A stretch of DNA of 64,000 bases from Octopus sinensis (lineage: Eukaryota), in the NCBI RefSeq assembly GCF_006345805.1, contig NC_043011.1, forward strand, positions 59,284,464-59,348,463. The letters run 5' to 3'. Below the pieces are notes generated by a model. That model worked only from the letters and a program-made list of their open reading frames with translations. It did not search any database and was not told where the DNA came from. This document shows, piece by piece, positions 24,063 through 37,500 of this stretch. How positions within the stretch are numbered: the first letter of the stretch is position 1; the number at the start of each line of letters is the position of its first letter. The position numbers and the translations under genes were made by a program.

Positions 24063-25318
24063 TGTGATGGGTATCTTGGATCAGCACTAATTAAGTAGAT
24101 AAATATCAGGGAACTTGACATCTTTATTACAAACACTTTATCTTCAGATTTAAATCTTAACCATATGTTTACCGTTTCCTAAAAAGAAAAACGAAAACGA
24201 GATTAATGTTTTATTTTCTTTTTCGTTGAAGCTGTAGCGTTTACATTGAGAACGGTTCATGCTTCATTATTCCTGAACTCTCGTACATTCTGCATATAAA
24301 GTAACAGAGCATTCTTAATTTTATTTCATTCCTTAAATGAGAAAATTTACTTGTAACAGTAAATCCCAAACATTAATTCTTGTAAGGTTTCAATAAATAC
24401 ATAGCATGTGACAATTCCTTACCTGAAATTTCATAGAATTATTTGTGAAGTTTCACTTGGAATTTCACTATTTCGGTTCCACGTTTGGTGATCTTTTTTG
24501 TTTACAGAACAATTTGCTGTGCTTTGATTTATGAATCTACGAGAGGATTGTTGGAATTTTCAGAATCGTTGTATGAACTGTATTTGGAATTTGAATGCCT
24601 ATTGTGTAAATAAACGCTACACTATTTAGAATCTGAAGTTCATGTTACACATGCAAGGTAAGGCTGAGTAAATATACAGAGCAGGTTCATTCGCTCTGTA
24701 ACTAAGTTGGACGATATGCAAAGTGAATTTCTACCAACATTCAGTTAAGCCTTTGGTTTGCTTGCCTTAGGAATTACGTTTGATCGAGATCGATGTTGAT
24801 CCAACGGATTTATGTTTATCAATAAGATTCTCTGTAAAATTGGTTCGTGATATCAATTAATGGAGATCGATCGAGAATCCTCCATTGATATCGTCTTCGA
24901 AACGAGAAGCTTCAATGTTTGATTCAAGTAATCTACTTGAAACGAAAGAAAAAGCAGGCATCTTGTCAGAAATTATACGTATTAAAGTGTGTTACACAAA
25001 GATAGAAAGTGTAAACTCTTCCTTCTCTTTTCGGCATTCATTCTTTTTCACTCTCCCTTAAATTCCATTATTCTCTCCCCCTCACTGTTCCTGTCTCACG
25101 GTCTTAACTTCCTCTCCATCCATCCTTTCGCCCATTTTCTTTCTTATTACTTTTACCTCTACTACTCTCGCACTTTTCACTTTCTCCAGCTTTAGCTTTG
25201 CATTTACTTTTTAGCCAACTGTTTAATCCAGGTGAGGACAAACTAGTTAGTATCGATCCCTGGGAATCTACATGACTTCCAGAGGGGCGATAAACGCCTG
25301 AAACGAATTTGAACATTA

Positions 25319-25614
25319 GTGGAGGCACATGATCTAGTGGTTAGCGCAGCGGACTCGCGGTCGAGGGATTGCGGGTTCGAATCTCAGACCGGGCGATGTG
25401 TGCGTTTATGAGCGAAACACCTTAGCTCCACGTGGCTCCGGCAGAAGGTAAAGGTGAACTTCTGCTGACTCTTTCTCTCACTCTTTCCTCCTGCATCTTG
25501 CAGCTCACCTGCGACGGACTGGCGTCCCGTCCAGATGGGTAGCCTATACGCCAAGGAAACCGGAAAACCGGCCCTAATGAACCAGGCATGGCTCGAGAAG
25601 AAAGAAACAAACAA
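25319..25614 (+). mobile_element. OR-type (tRNA-Arg-derived) SINE, second subfamily, with 13-bp TSD
   Basis: Head GGAGGCACATGATCTAGTGGTTAGCGCAGCGGACTCGCGG, B-box GGTTCGAATC; TSD AATTTGAACATTA at 25306-25318 and 25615-25627. Confidence 0.85.
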
Positions 25615-26384
25615 AATTTGAACATTAAGCGCGCTAGCAAACTGAACCTGAAAAACTGTGGGTAATTTAAGATTAAAACTCACTAATTTCCAACGAAATA
25701 TTAACTAATTCAATATTAACTAGTATTCACCAAACACACATTTCACATTAAATATTCCGACTTTATCAATGTATGGCTGAATCTTTAATGTTCTTCATTA
25801 ATTTCATTAAGAACTTTTCGTTAGATTTCTTTAACTATTTCTCATTAAAGTACACTAATGACAATCGAAAACAACAACAAACAAAAACATATGAAATATT
25901 GCTTTGAAATTAAGAATTGTTTAATTAATTATACTTTTAGAAATTTACATGATGGTGGTCGATAACTTATCAACGATTCATGGTTAGCATGAATGCTATG
26001 AGAAGTTTTGCCAACTCTAGGTTTACACCATTATTTTCATATAACATATTGCCTGAAAACTTATATCCAGATGCTTTCATTCGTATGAGGATTATTGCCT
26101 ATTAGAAGATTATTGCCGTATTAGATAATTGCTCGATGAATTAAGCACCAGTCCCGTACTGGGGTCGATCTTATCGATTGGCGCCCTCCCCCAAAAATGT
26201 CGGGCCCTGTGTCTAGAGTAGAAAAGATTTTTACCCATTAGGTAACAGAACAGTGTCATTTCATTTAGTTTGATTCCCCAACGTGTAAAGTTCAAATTGT
26301 TTTAGTATTTTCTTAACTTTAGTTTTGCAGCTGTTTTTTTAGCCTACTAATTAAACGAAAGGTCGGCATAATGGTCAATAAAAT

Positions 26385-26406
26385 AATAATAATAATAATA
26401 ATAATA

Positions 26407-26478
<72 letters not shown>

Positions 26479-26578
26479 TAATAATAATAATAATAAGAAG
26501 AAGAAGAAGAGGAGGAGGAGGAGGTGGAGGAGGAGGAAGAAGAAGAAGAAGAAGAAGAAGAAGAAGAGGAGGAGGAGG

Positions 26579-26611
<33 letters not shown>

Positions 26612-26620
26612 AAGAAGAAT
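26385..26620. repeat. (AAT)n-(GAA/GAG)n compound microsatellite
   Basis: Directly visible. Confidence 0.9.
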
Positions 26621-26799
26621 TAATGCCCTGATGCAATACTAGGCAGCATCTCTCATGGCTTCTAATCTTAAGTTTTTTGTGTTTTTTTGATGAGAAAAAC
26701 TAACCTGTTTCTTATAGATGGGGCAGAAGTATAAAGTGTATTAATGAGGAGACAAGAAAAAAAATGTTAAAAAATGTTAAATAGGAAATAAAAAAAAAA

Positions 26800-27790
26800 C
26801 ATTAATTCCGGAAAACACTCGGAGGAGACGCTAAAAAGCTAGAGGCCTGTAACCTGTTTAGAAAGGTAGCAGTAATCGGAAGTATAAAATAGTGCAAAGG
26901 CAGGAAACGAAACTTGGATATGAAATCGATTGATTAGGAAACATTGATTATATAGCCCATTCTTGGATAATGGAGTCGCTACAGATAAACAAAATGGCTC
27001 CAATGCTATAAATTATATCAACCATGCTATATCGAAATGGAAAACAATCATATCAATAGTTGTCAGAATGAAGGTAATTAAAAAGCAGCCAGATAGTCAT
27101 GAGGAAAATAATCTTCCAGAGAGACTTTACATCCAGTATTGTTTTTCCTAGTATTGACACCATTAATAAATTCGTTGAATAAAGCTGCCCAACCAACGGT
27201 CGTAAATGCTACGGACAAATTATCTCATCTATCTACGGATGACTTTAAAACATTTACAAAGAGCAATATTCAACTTGAAATACAGTTACAAATAATTCAT
27301 GAATTCGGTCGAGACATAAAATCTGGCATGGGATTTGATAAACGTGTGAAGGTTACAATAAGAAGAGGCAATTTAACTGAAACCGAGAGCATTAAACAAC
27401 AAAAAGACACTGAAGTTAGAGAATGAGAGTAGAATTAAGTACTCGTACAAATGTACGAGAGTAGATGATAAGATAGAGCATGGAGTCACGAGGAAGAAAA
27501 TTAGAAACATTTGCCACAGAACAATGCGATGTATATTAAAAAAAGAAAGCATAGCTGAATGTTAAGTATAAGTTAATAAGAATAAATAAACTAGACATTC
27601 CAGCAATAAAATACAAGTTTAGCAAATTAAATTAGAAGATAAGCTAGTTGAAGAGCTCAGACAGGAAAACCATGAAGCTACTAAAAGTGTTCCGAACTAC
27701 CAACACCCAAAAGCATATACAATAAGAGAAGTACTACATAGTAACTAGAAGTACTGCAAAATAACTAGAATTGGACTAAATAAGTTGTGA
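26800..27790 (+). mobile_element. Heavily decayed R4/Dong-like LINE reverse transcriptase
   Basis: Fragmentary motifs CK.RKRNL..ID..IAHSWIMESL, FLVLTPLINSLN..LSHLSTDDFKTFTKSNIQLE..EFGRDI..GFDK.VKVTIRRGNL, EL.RKT.KLL..HPKA. Confidence 0.7.
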
Positions 27791-28299
27791 GAAGAAAATA
27801 GAGGAAAACTGATTAACGTAGCAAAACATGCATGAAGTGGCCATAAAGTTTTCTCTTTTGTAACCATGTAATTTTGGATTCAGTGCTACTGCGCTCCATC
27901 TTCGGAATATTCCGACTACTATAGCCCGGACTGACCAATACAGCAGACGCGAACTGGACAAAAGACCGTCGTATATATATGTTTCAGCGCGCGCGCGCGC
28001 GCGTGTGTGTGTATTTGCATTTGTCCTTGCACCACCGATTGAGGATGTGTGTTGGTTTGTTTACGTCCGCATTAGTTAGCGGCTCGACAAAAGACCCTAC
28101 AGAATATATATCAGACTGAAATAAATAAGTACCGGAGTAGATTCCTTTCAATAAACCCTTCAATGCTGGGTCTCGAGGAAAGAGAAAAGGATAAAAGGAA
28201 ACGAAATACAAACCTGCACAGGAAAGCAACAATGCAAACTCATTGTGTGAAAAAACAGAAGATCTGAATTTAGCTCCATAAGATTAATTACAAAGTCCA

Positions 28300-28510
28300 G
28301 CATTGGTTTCAAATTTTGGCCAATGCCACCACTTTCCGGGAAGCGGGTAAGTCGACTACATTGACCCCAACACTCAACTCGTATTTAATTTTATCGACCC
28401 TGGAAGGATGAAAGGCAAAATCAACTTCGATCGACTTTGAACTCAGAAGGTAAAGGCAGGCGAAATGCCGCTAAATACTCTGCCCGACTCTGCCAGCTCG
28501 GCGTCCTCAA
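28300..28510 (-). mobile_element. Degenerate SINE family A
   Basis: Core and head motifs on minus strand. Confidence 0.75.
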
Positions 28511-28833
28511 AGCCACCATTATTGATATGAATAATGTACTGTATGAAGTGCAGACTATTTTATTGATACAAGGAAGCATTTTCCCGCATCAAAACCAGAT
28601 TTTCAGTCTTTGCAAAGTCTACAGTTATTGAATGAGACGTTCTCGCCAACAGCTAGGTCCACTGGACATTATACTGACTGTCGGAGGTTAAATGGAATAA
28701 GAATTGACAAAAACATATAGAAAATATATTGCGTGAGAAAAGCTCTACACTTGTATTGGGATATGGTTTTCAATACTAAGGAAATCAAAGCAACGTTCCA
28801 TATATATATATATATATGTATATGTATGTGTGT

Positions 28834-28871
<38 letters not shown>

Positions 28872-29086
28872 CAAGAGATGGGAAAAAACCTCAAAACTCA
28901 GATGGCGACTTCGATTTCTTAGTAAAACATCGCTCAGACAGAGGTGAAGAAACTACCAAAGTTCAAGAAGTTTTAGTTTCTGCATTTCATTTGAAAGATT
29001 CAGGTATGTTAAATCAGATGTTGTTGTACAACTGGAGGGTCATTATGCCAATAATAAACACACGCACGTGTTCTATTTCACTTCAT

Positions 29087-29088
<2 letters not shown>

Positions 29089-29141
<53 letters not shown>

Positions 29142-29146
29142 CATTA

Positions 29147-29219
<73 letters not shown>

Positions 29220-29245
29220 CATTATTATTATTATTATTATTATTA

Positions 29246-29286
<41 letters not shown>

Positions 29287-29317
29287 ATATTATTATTATT
29301 ATTATTATTAATATTAA

Positions 29318-29367
<50 letters not shown>

Positions 29368-29370
29368 TAT
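29089..29370. repeat. (ATT)n microsatellite, ~90 units with ATC interruptions
   Basis: Directly visible. Confidence 0.95.
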
Positions 29371-29879
29371 AGTCTAGGGGTTCGAGTGTTGCACTCATGA
29401 TCGCTAGATCGTGGTTTCAATTCTTAGACTGGGTTGTGTGTTGTGTTCTTGAGCAAAGCACATAATCACTCACTTCGACACGTGAGGGCGTGAACTAACG
29501 TACAGCTCATACATTTGATCAATTTAAATAAATCCTTTGTATAGGCTGTTTGATAAAGTCGGGACACTCGTGCGTCGTCTTCGACGGGAGAATCAATTAT
29601 TATTAACACATCTCTATTTTGAAGAGGAATATTCTAAGAACCCTCTCTCACTTACTCTCTCTTCCTTTCCTTTCTGGTGTTAATAAATTCATCGAAGGTG
29701 GTGAACTAGCAACAAATGCAATCAAGCGTCTGAAAACTAGTTTGATGGTAAATAACTAGAAACACGACTACAAACGGTTCAAGGATTTACTAAGGGAAGC
29801 AATATGCGATTAGGATCAGAAAATGTTACCAATGCAATCTAAAAGAGGGTGCGATAAATTAATTATGAATACAAATTTC

Positions 29880-30310
29880 GTGTTTGATAAAGAAAGAGAT
29901 ATAAGCGAATGAAATCAATTACAGGCTTCTAAGTAATTTGTTATCAAGGAATACAAAACCGTATATTAAACACAGATGAAAGAAAGGGTTAAGAAGGAGT
30001 ATTATGACCGTTTTATTTGATTAATACTTAAAACAGAGCTAAATGCAGTAGATTGAAGAAATACACTTACATACACTAAATGTGCCAGGAATAAGCAACC
30101 ATATTTTCAAGCAACCGTTAAACGAATTAGCACAAACAGACAGCGAGATAATAATATAATAACATACTTTAGAATACACTACACAAAATCTGTTGCAGAT
30201 ATATTGTGCTTGCCACGAATAGAGGGGAACAAAGTGTTATGCAACTAGAAACCAATTATAAAATGTGCTGTAGGATAAGGAAAATACCTAGAAAAGAATA
30301 ATGGAACCTT
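29880..30310 (+). mobile_element. Second decayed R4/Dong-like LINE fragment (post-RT region)
   Basis: MKERVKKEYY.R..LILKTELNA..ELAQTDSEI..LPRIEG..MQLE-like remnants, paralleling 27480-27790. Confidence 0.6.
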
Positions 30311-32934
30311 ATTTCAAATAGCGACACAACATAAGCGCAGGCATTGTTGTGTGGGTAACAAGCTCACGGTGAAGCCGTGTGGTTTTGTGTTCTGTCCTAC
30401 TGCGAAGCACCTTGAGTATATGACGTCTACTATAGATCTTGGCCAACTGCTATCTTGTGGGTGAATCTATTAGACGGAAACGGAGTGGAAGCTCGTGTGT
30501 ATGTGTGTGCGTGCGTGCCTATGTATACACATTTCAGGAGGCGTGTCTGCTTCAACACAAACTAACACTTCTTGAGAAAAGGTGTTGGCTTGTTTATGTC
30601 ATGTAAATTAGTCGTAGTGTGAGTACAGACTTTAAAAGCATAATTGAGTGAAAGCCTAATGAGTACCACCATTAAATGGGAAGCGATAAGCATAAATATA
30701 TTTAAAATATTTACTCATCAAAGATTCTCAGAGTCACTCAACAGAAGTTGAATTGACAGATATGTTTGATAAGAAAGTGGGAAAGCAAAATATGGGTTTT
30801 GAAAAATGTAAAAAATAAGATAAGAATAGGGTTTCATAATACCATTTTATAACGCTTAAAAGAAATTCTCGTACGTGGCAAATTTCTGAAAGACTGAACT
30901 GTCTGGTAACATGCGCAGAATAATCGCAGTATTGCCAGAGAAGTGCAGCATTCAATGACGCTTGATTGCAGTACAGGAGAGTAGCATTCCTACCAGAAAT
31001 ATCTAGAAGAATCTGGTAATATAGAATGCATGAATTAACTTCTGAATATGTGATGGTTAAGCAGAAACAGTTAACCAAATTGCTTTTACCTGGGCTGTTT
31101 AAACAAGGGCAAGGCTGAGATGGGGTACCTGCATTGTAGATTTTACCCTCATTCTCAAATACCAACAGGAAATAGGAACATAGTTGTTATGACTGTAGAA
31201 TAGAAAATATCTCGGAAAATAGGGACACATTCAGATCCATGTGCCATGTATAATATCAGTGGAATATCGTTATTAAGGAAAAATATCATAGGAAGCACCC
31301 CAGTCCTAAACAAAGTTTCGGCGCCAACCAACAAGAAATTATCGTGAATTGAACTGGAAAGACTATCTTTATATAAATGACTGGAAATAGTGATAACCAT
31401 AATACTGTGACTGAAGCAATCCCGATAATAATAGGCGGGGAGGAATTAAAAAATATGTAAGAAATTACACTTGAAAAAGCATAAAAGTACGAGGTGGTGC
31501 ATACGTATTACATTAAATACTTTCTACGTTAAACCCCAAACTAGAACACAACAGAGCACGTACATGGCTCACAAGGCAGAATTCTGTAGTAGGATGAAAG
31601 CAAGCAACAAGAATAATTAGAAAGCTGGGTATCGTATTTTACTTGAAGCATTGAAGTATATAAAAATGAGATAAATATTTGCAAACCCTTTGAGCAATGT
31701 AAGACGACGTTAATGAATGATAACAAACATAAAGATGGTTCATTACTAAATAACCTCCTAAATAGGCTGTTTTGTAATTCTGTGTTTTTCAGGATAAATT
31801 CTGTTTTCAAACAGAGGATTGATTGAAGAGGTGGAAGAAATTTGTTATCGCAAAATATCTTAGGCTCGTTGAGGAAAGTATCGTTTGTGTATCATATATA
31901 GTGGTGATATATGTGACTTGCTGAAGCGACCAGTATCAGCAGCAGTTGCGTAGCATGACAAATCAGTAGTAAACGAGTTCGAAGTGGGGTGATTAGGACA
32001 GCTAATAATCAATAGTTTTGCCTTTAGTTAAGAGTAGAAGTATCTTAGCCGAGTAACTTCGATCATAGCTCCGGGGCAACCCAAACATTGGGAGAGAAAC
32101 TGTCTGGAAAACTTTCGGATAGGCTATGCCTCTTCTTGCGGTATAGACTTACGGTATCACCAGCTTGAACACCGAATTAGAAGAATCAATGCAACACGTA
32201 ACAGAACACCTTGCAATATTTGTGTCTCCTTAATAGCGTTTTGAGTTCTAATTCCACCAATATTTCGAAAATGATTAAATAACAGTCCAGTATAGTGAAC
32301 TGGTGTTATTTGCTCTGGAGACTTGTCCCTTCACCGGTTTAACACCATTTCCTGATCCGTGGGCCTGCTAAAGGAGTTTACGTAATCGCAATCATTCGGA
32401 CGATGTCACCAGATTTACTTTAATTTTCTACCGTTCTTCGATCAGTCTGGGAGATCCAGAATAAAGAAAGGGACACGATAGCCGTTTTCTTCTTGACAAA
32501 CACAAGTCATTATTTCATCAAGCCAACTTCATTCATTTCAAAATTCCAAGATTTTGTCTTGGACGATCTCCTTCAGGACCTATGTTATCAAACGATATCA
32601 TATCTAAGAGCTTGAATTAAGCAAGAGGGTTTTTTCTTTAAACAACTACCTAAATAAAAGTAAGTAATATTCAAATAAGACATATTGAAATAGCACCTTT
32701 GTTTTCTTAAAATAAATGGTCTCATTGAAAAATAAAGTCAAATGTCTAAAATATGATGAGATACTCAAAATTGTAATATTTTTAATCCTCGGTGTAATTA
32801 AAGTTAAGCCACACGTTTCAGCACAGCCTTGAAGAAATTTTGGTCAAATAAATCGGACCCAGTACTTTTCTTTTTTAAGCCTGATACTTATTCTATCAAT
32901 GTATTTTGCTGAACTACTAAGTCATGGGAATGAG

Positions 32935-33195
32935 GCCATTCTGGAGGTTCAACATACTCTTCTAGTAAGAGCAGTAAGAGTTCAGAACTCTTGTTCTCCA
33001 AGACGTTCATCCCCGGGACGACACGCCATTCAATCACTCAAGTTGCCCATGAGTACTCATCTTCAACTGAGGAGATAAAACTGACGTGGAATGATGTGAC
33101 TCGCTGTATACCCCGAACAGCTGCCCGGTTCAGGAATCAAACCAACGTTCTGGTACCCAAAAACCTTAATCTCCAGTACACGTGCCCTCAAATTC
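32935..33195 (-). mobile_element. Degenerate tRNA-SINE
   Basis: Minus strand GTTGGTTTGATTCCTGAACCGGGC..CAGTTTTATCTCCTCAGTTGAAGATGAGTAC..GGCGTGTCGTCCCGGGG; accounts for ORF 32991-33230. Confidence 0.55.
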
Positions 33196-33299
33196 AAATC
33201 CGAAATAAAAACCGAGCACAACATCAATGAATAAAATATCCCGATCAAGAAGACAACAATAAAACCCATGTGCTTGATTGCTTTCCTAACTAATGAAAT

Positions 33300-33502
33300 G
33301 GATTTGATTTACAACAAAACCGGTCACATGACATTCAAGACGAAGAGCTTGTTTATATTTTCGTTTTTTCCTTCTTCCCCTATTTTCTTTCTATCTCAGA
33401 TACACTTTCTTCTTCCACTCCCTTTTCTTTTTCTTTCATTCTCTCTGACTCTCTCCTCCAACTCTTAATATCCCTCTCTCTCTCTCAAACTCTTTCGTTT
33501 CG

Positions 33503-33541
<39 letters not shown>

Positions 33542-34265
33542 GTTTTTTTTGATTATTATTGTTTCCATCACTAGTTATTTTTTATCCATCGTATTCTCCA
33601 CCACTCTCTCTCTCTCTCTTTCTCTATTTCTGTCTTTCTTTTTCTCTTTCATTTTCTCTTTCTGATTATTCTTTCTTTTTCTCTTTCTTTCTCTCATTCT
33701 ATCTTGTTTCTTTCTCCCCATCTTTCTTTCTTTCTCTCTGTCTTTCTGTCTTTCTTTCTTTCGTTCTTTCTCTCTTTTTGTCTTTCCTTCCTTCCTTCTT
33801 TCTCCCCGTCTTTCTTTCTTCCTTTCTTTCTGTCTCTCTTTCTTTTTCTCTCTCTTTTCCCGTAGTGTCTCTTTCATTTATAATTGCATCCTTCGCTCAC
33901 CTCAAATCCCTCTTGTCCTATTTATCTTAACTCGTTAACTGTTTGACAGTCTCTCTCTCTCTCTCTCCCCTGTCCCTCCTTCTCTCTATCTCTCCATTTC
34001 CTAAACACACGCGTGCGCACACACACACACACCACGCATGCATACTGCAGACATTCATGAATATACATATGCATATACATACACACACACTAACACACAC
34101 GCATACACACACACTAGCACACACACATATATATATATACATATATATATATATCATATATTTATGTGTGTCTACATATACATACATATATATACACATA
34201 CATACGTTATGTGTATACATTCTATGCTGTTAATCTTTATATGCATTCATCTTTATTTCTATACT

Positions 34266-34304
<39 letters not shown>

Positions 34305-34402
34305 TCTTTCTCTTTCTCTTTCTCATGCATTTCACTGTCTATCATTCTTTCCATTTGTGTGTGTATATATTCATACACACAGTAAGGGAGGATAATGGAA
34401 AA

Positions 34403-34438
<36 letters not shown>

Positions 34439-34479
34439 ATGATCCCATTAACTTCATCTTTCTGTCCATCTATTTATCC

Positions 34480-34548
<69 letters not shown>

Positions 34549-34605
34549 TATATTATATACATATATAGATATATACGCGCACACACACACATATAAATCT
34601 AGCAG

Positions 34606-34676
<71 letters not shown>

Positions 34677-34920
34677 GTCTGTCTGTCTATCTGTCTGTAT
34701 GTCTTTCTGTCCATCTATCTACCGATCTATTTGCTTATCGATCAATCTTATCTCTATTAATTGGCTCTATCACTGACATGATTTTATAACTCCCTCGCAA
34801 ACTATATCTCTCTCCAAAATCTCTCCGTCCCTCTCTTCTTTTCATTATCTTTTTTCTCTTATCTCCTCACTCTCCATCTCTCTCTCTCCCTCTCTCACTC
34901 TCCGTCTCTCTTTTATTCAT
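33300..34920. repeat. Low-complexity block: CT-rich, (CA)n, (TA)n, (TATC)n
   Basis: Directly visible. Confidence 0.85.
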
Positions 34921-34979
34921 TATCCAATATATAACATCGAATATCTCCCCAAATCTCTTTTGCCTTCTCATTTACAATA

Positions 34980-35330
34980 TCCGTCCCGTGCATTCCCTCT
35001 CACCGCCCGTCGACGGTCGGCTGCTATTTCTACGTCTCCACCAGGTCGTTGTCGGTGTTGGTGTTGCTGCTACTAAACCACGACGTGCTCGCTTGATTGT
35101 TGTAGCTTGAAACGACAGTCATGAATGACAGAAGAAGAGATGTGTAATCTCTCTCCTTTGTTTTTCGCTGCTTACTTCAATCCCAGGAGCCAATCAAGTC
35201 TGGTGACATAGCCGGAGTTCACTTAAACCGGCGTTGGATTACATTGCGTCTTGGACTGATGCTATGGATACCAGCACGAAATGGAATAGGACTTCTGTTG
35301 GAACGGCATTCGGAGATAATTGGCTCCTAA
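34980..35330. promoter_or_regulatory. CpG-rich unique segment with two inverted CCAAT boxes (candidate promoter/first exon)
   Basis: CpG cluster 34980-35100; AGGAGCCAAT at 35185-35194 and its reverse complement at 35319-35328. Confidence 0.3.
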
Positions 35331-35472
35331 GCAGACAGGAAGAACAACCACAAAAACATCACTTTTAGATAATTATTGGGATAAATAATGACGAAATCAG
35401 CAAAGGTTTTGCAATTTTTGGTGGCAGAAGGAAGGGAGGTGTGGGGAGAGAAGACAAGAGTTAGATAAACAG

Positions 35473-35526
<54 letters not shown>

Positions 35527-35530
35527 ATAT

Positions 35531-35597
<67 letters not shown>

Positions 35598-35807
35598 CGC
35601 ATATACATATGTGTATTATATATATATATGCACATATATACATATATATATATTTGTGTGTGTGTGTGTGTGTGTGTATGTATATATACATACATACGTA
35701 TATACATATATATGCACATATATATAAGTATTATATGTATATATACATATGTACCTATGTGTATATGTATATACATACATTCACACAAACACATACACAC
35801 ACATGCA

Positions 35808-36185
35808 GACGAAAAGTTGCAGAAAGTGTATGGAGAGGAGTGTATGAGCCACATACAAGTGTACGAGTGGTTCAAGCATTTCCAAGATGACCGAAAAGTG
35901 TGGATATTGACGAACGTTCAGGGATACCGGTCACCAGCAGAACTAAGAAAGACATCGCAGAAATGCGTGAAGGGAAGTCGTCGAATCACCATTCATGATT
36001 TATCAGAGGATGTTCAGATTACTTACGGTTCAGTTCTGTCAATTATCACTGAAGAATTGGGTGTGAGACGTGTGTGTGCCAAATTTGTGCCAAAACCGCT
36101 TTCAGCTGACCAAAATGGCACTCGGGTTTCAGTTGTACAAGATATCCTTGACTCTGTGGAGAACGATGAGAACTTTTTGAAAGTT
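35808..36185 (+). mobile_element. Mariner transposase N-terminal fragment (approx. codons 24-150)
   Basis: [72 protein letters not shown]. Confidence 0.9.
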
Positions 36186-36430
36186 TTGCTCAGGCCTTTA
36201 ACTAAGTCTTTGGCAAACTTTGATACAGATTATCTGCTTAATTTTCCCTGTCATGGTCAATGCGACGATCACACGCTACACACCTTCCTTCCAAGCACTG
36301 CTGTAAACAGCGGAAGTGATCTAGAACGTTAAAACTTACTACGAATGCACAGCAACGTTCAAGGTAATTCTGCGTGCTTTAGCTTTGTTACTATGGAAAC
36401 AGTCCTTACACTTATTGATCGGACCATGTG
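36186..36430 (-). mobile_element. Mariner 5' end (TIR, 5' UTR, first ~20 codons) in opposite orientation
   Basis: Minus strand TA|CACATGGTCCGATCAATAAGT..; ATG at 36254-36252 gives [17 protein letters not shown], a typical mariner start. Confidence 0.75.
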
Positions 36431-36440
36431 TATGCATATG

Positions 36441-36491
<51 letters not shown>

Positions 36492-36506
36492 TGTGTGTGT
36501 GTGTGT

Positions 36507-36547
<41 letters not shown>

Positions 36548-36619
36548 TGTGTGTGTGTGTGTGGTGTGTGTGTGTGTATGTATGTATGTAAACATACTTA
36601 TATACATAAACAAGTGGAG

Positions 36620-36840
36620 GTGAGTGGTAAGGATGTTGGACTTATGATCGTAAGATTGTGGATTCCATCCTTGGACGCTCGATGCCTCTTGTTCTTAAAC
36701 AAAACATTTCATTTCAAATTGCTTCATTCCACTCAGATGGCAAAAACGAGCAATCTTGAGACAGACCGGTGTCCCGAACAGGTGGGGACTTTATACGCCC
36801 TGATACCGGGAAACCGGGGCTCGTAAGCCTGGCATTGATT
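36620..36840 (+). mobile_element. Degenerate OR-type SINE
   Basis: GTGGTAAGGATGTTGGACTTATGATCGTAAG head, CCACTCAGATGGCAAAAACGAG core, TATACGCC..GGGAAACCGGGGCTCGTAAGCCTGGCA tail like 25319-25614. Confidence 0.6.
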
Positions 36841-37064
36841 CGAGGAGAAAACATTTATTTTAAATATATATATATGTAAATGAATCAAGAACGCAATTCC
36901 GGAAACAAAAACATCCGGACAGATAGACAATAGAAAGGCGGACAGAAAGAACAAAAAAGGGGGAAAGGAAAAATTAACGGACGGGTCATTTGTGGCCTTA
37001 TTTCGTCGGGCATGTTTCGAGATATCTTTACAGTCTCGGGCAGTGTACGGCAACAAAGACACTA

Positions 37065-37190
<126 letters not shown>

Positions 37191-37274
37191 ATATATATAA
37201 TATATATATATTATCTCATACATCTTCATGAAAGGATAGCAGATTCAGTTACATTCTTATAACTGTAGTTTTCG

Positions 37275-37500
37275 GCCTGGAGAAGCCCTTAGGCGATGCC
37301 CAATTCTTCTCACCTCCTCGCTGTACCTTACGGTCTGAGCCTCTCTCTTTTACTTTTTTCCTTTGCTCCAGACGAAGCGAGCTCTTTCTGCTGCCTCTTC
37401 CAGCAGCTCTTTTCTCCACTTCCTGCGACTTCCAAGGCTGTCAACATCGCAGGAACTTATTTTTGACAAGATCCTGCATGCTTTGTCAACTGGAAATGGT
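37275..37500 (-). mobile_element. 3' end of an RLE-type LINE (HERO/NeSL-like)
   Basis: Minus frame ..DSLGSRRKWRKELLEEAAERARFVWSKGKK* resembles the (L)EEAAERAS.W.W.KR terminus of such elements. Confidence 0.5.

Noticed and set aside
24850-24895. Small hairpin GATATCAAT..ATGGAG/CTCCATTGATATC
   Set aside because: Only ~13 bp with a 4-nt bulge; within chance expectation
30768-30781. AGATATGTTTGATA, matching the 5' 14 nt of miR-190
   Set aside because: The 3' half diverges and no hairpin is evident
30700-32700. Long non-repetitive stretch with ORFs 30734-31165 and 31541-31810
   Set aside because: No recognisable motif in any frame I translated; possibly ancient TE debris, not supportable
35280-35293. 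13-nt identity (AATGGAATAGGAC) to a conserved 18S rRNA stretch, suggesting a snoRNA guide on the minus strand
   Set aside because: No adjacent D box or C box; a 13-mer match is expected by chance given rRNA and window length
36990-37050. GAGA..TCTC-GAAACATG hairpin in the pLTR-like repeat
   Set aside because: Upstream core reads CTGCCC/CTTCCC in both copies rather than CUGANGA; not called a ribozyme
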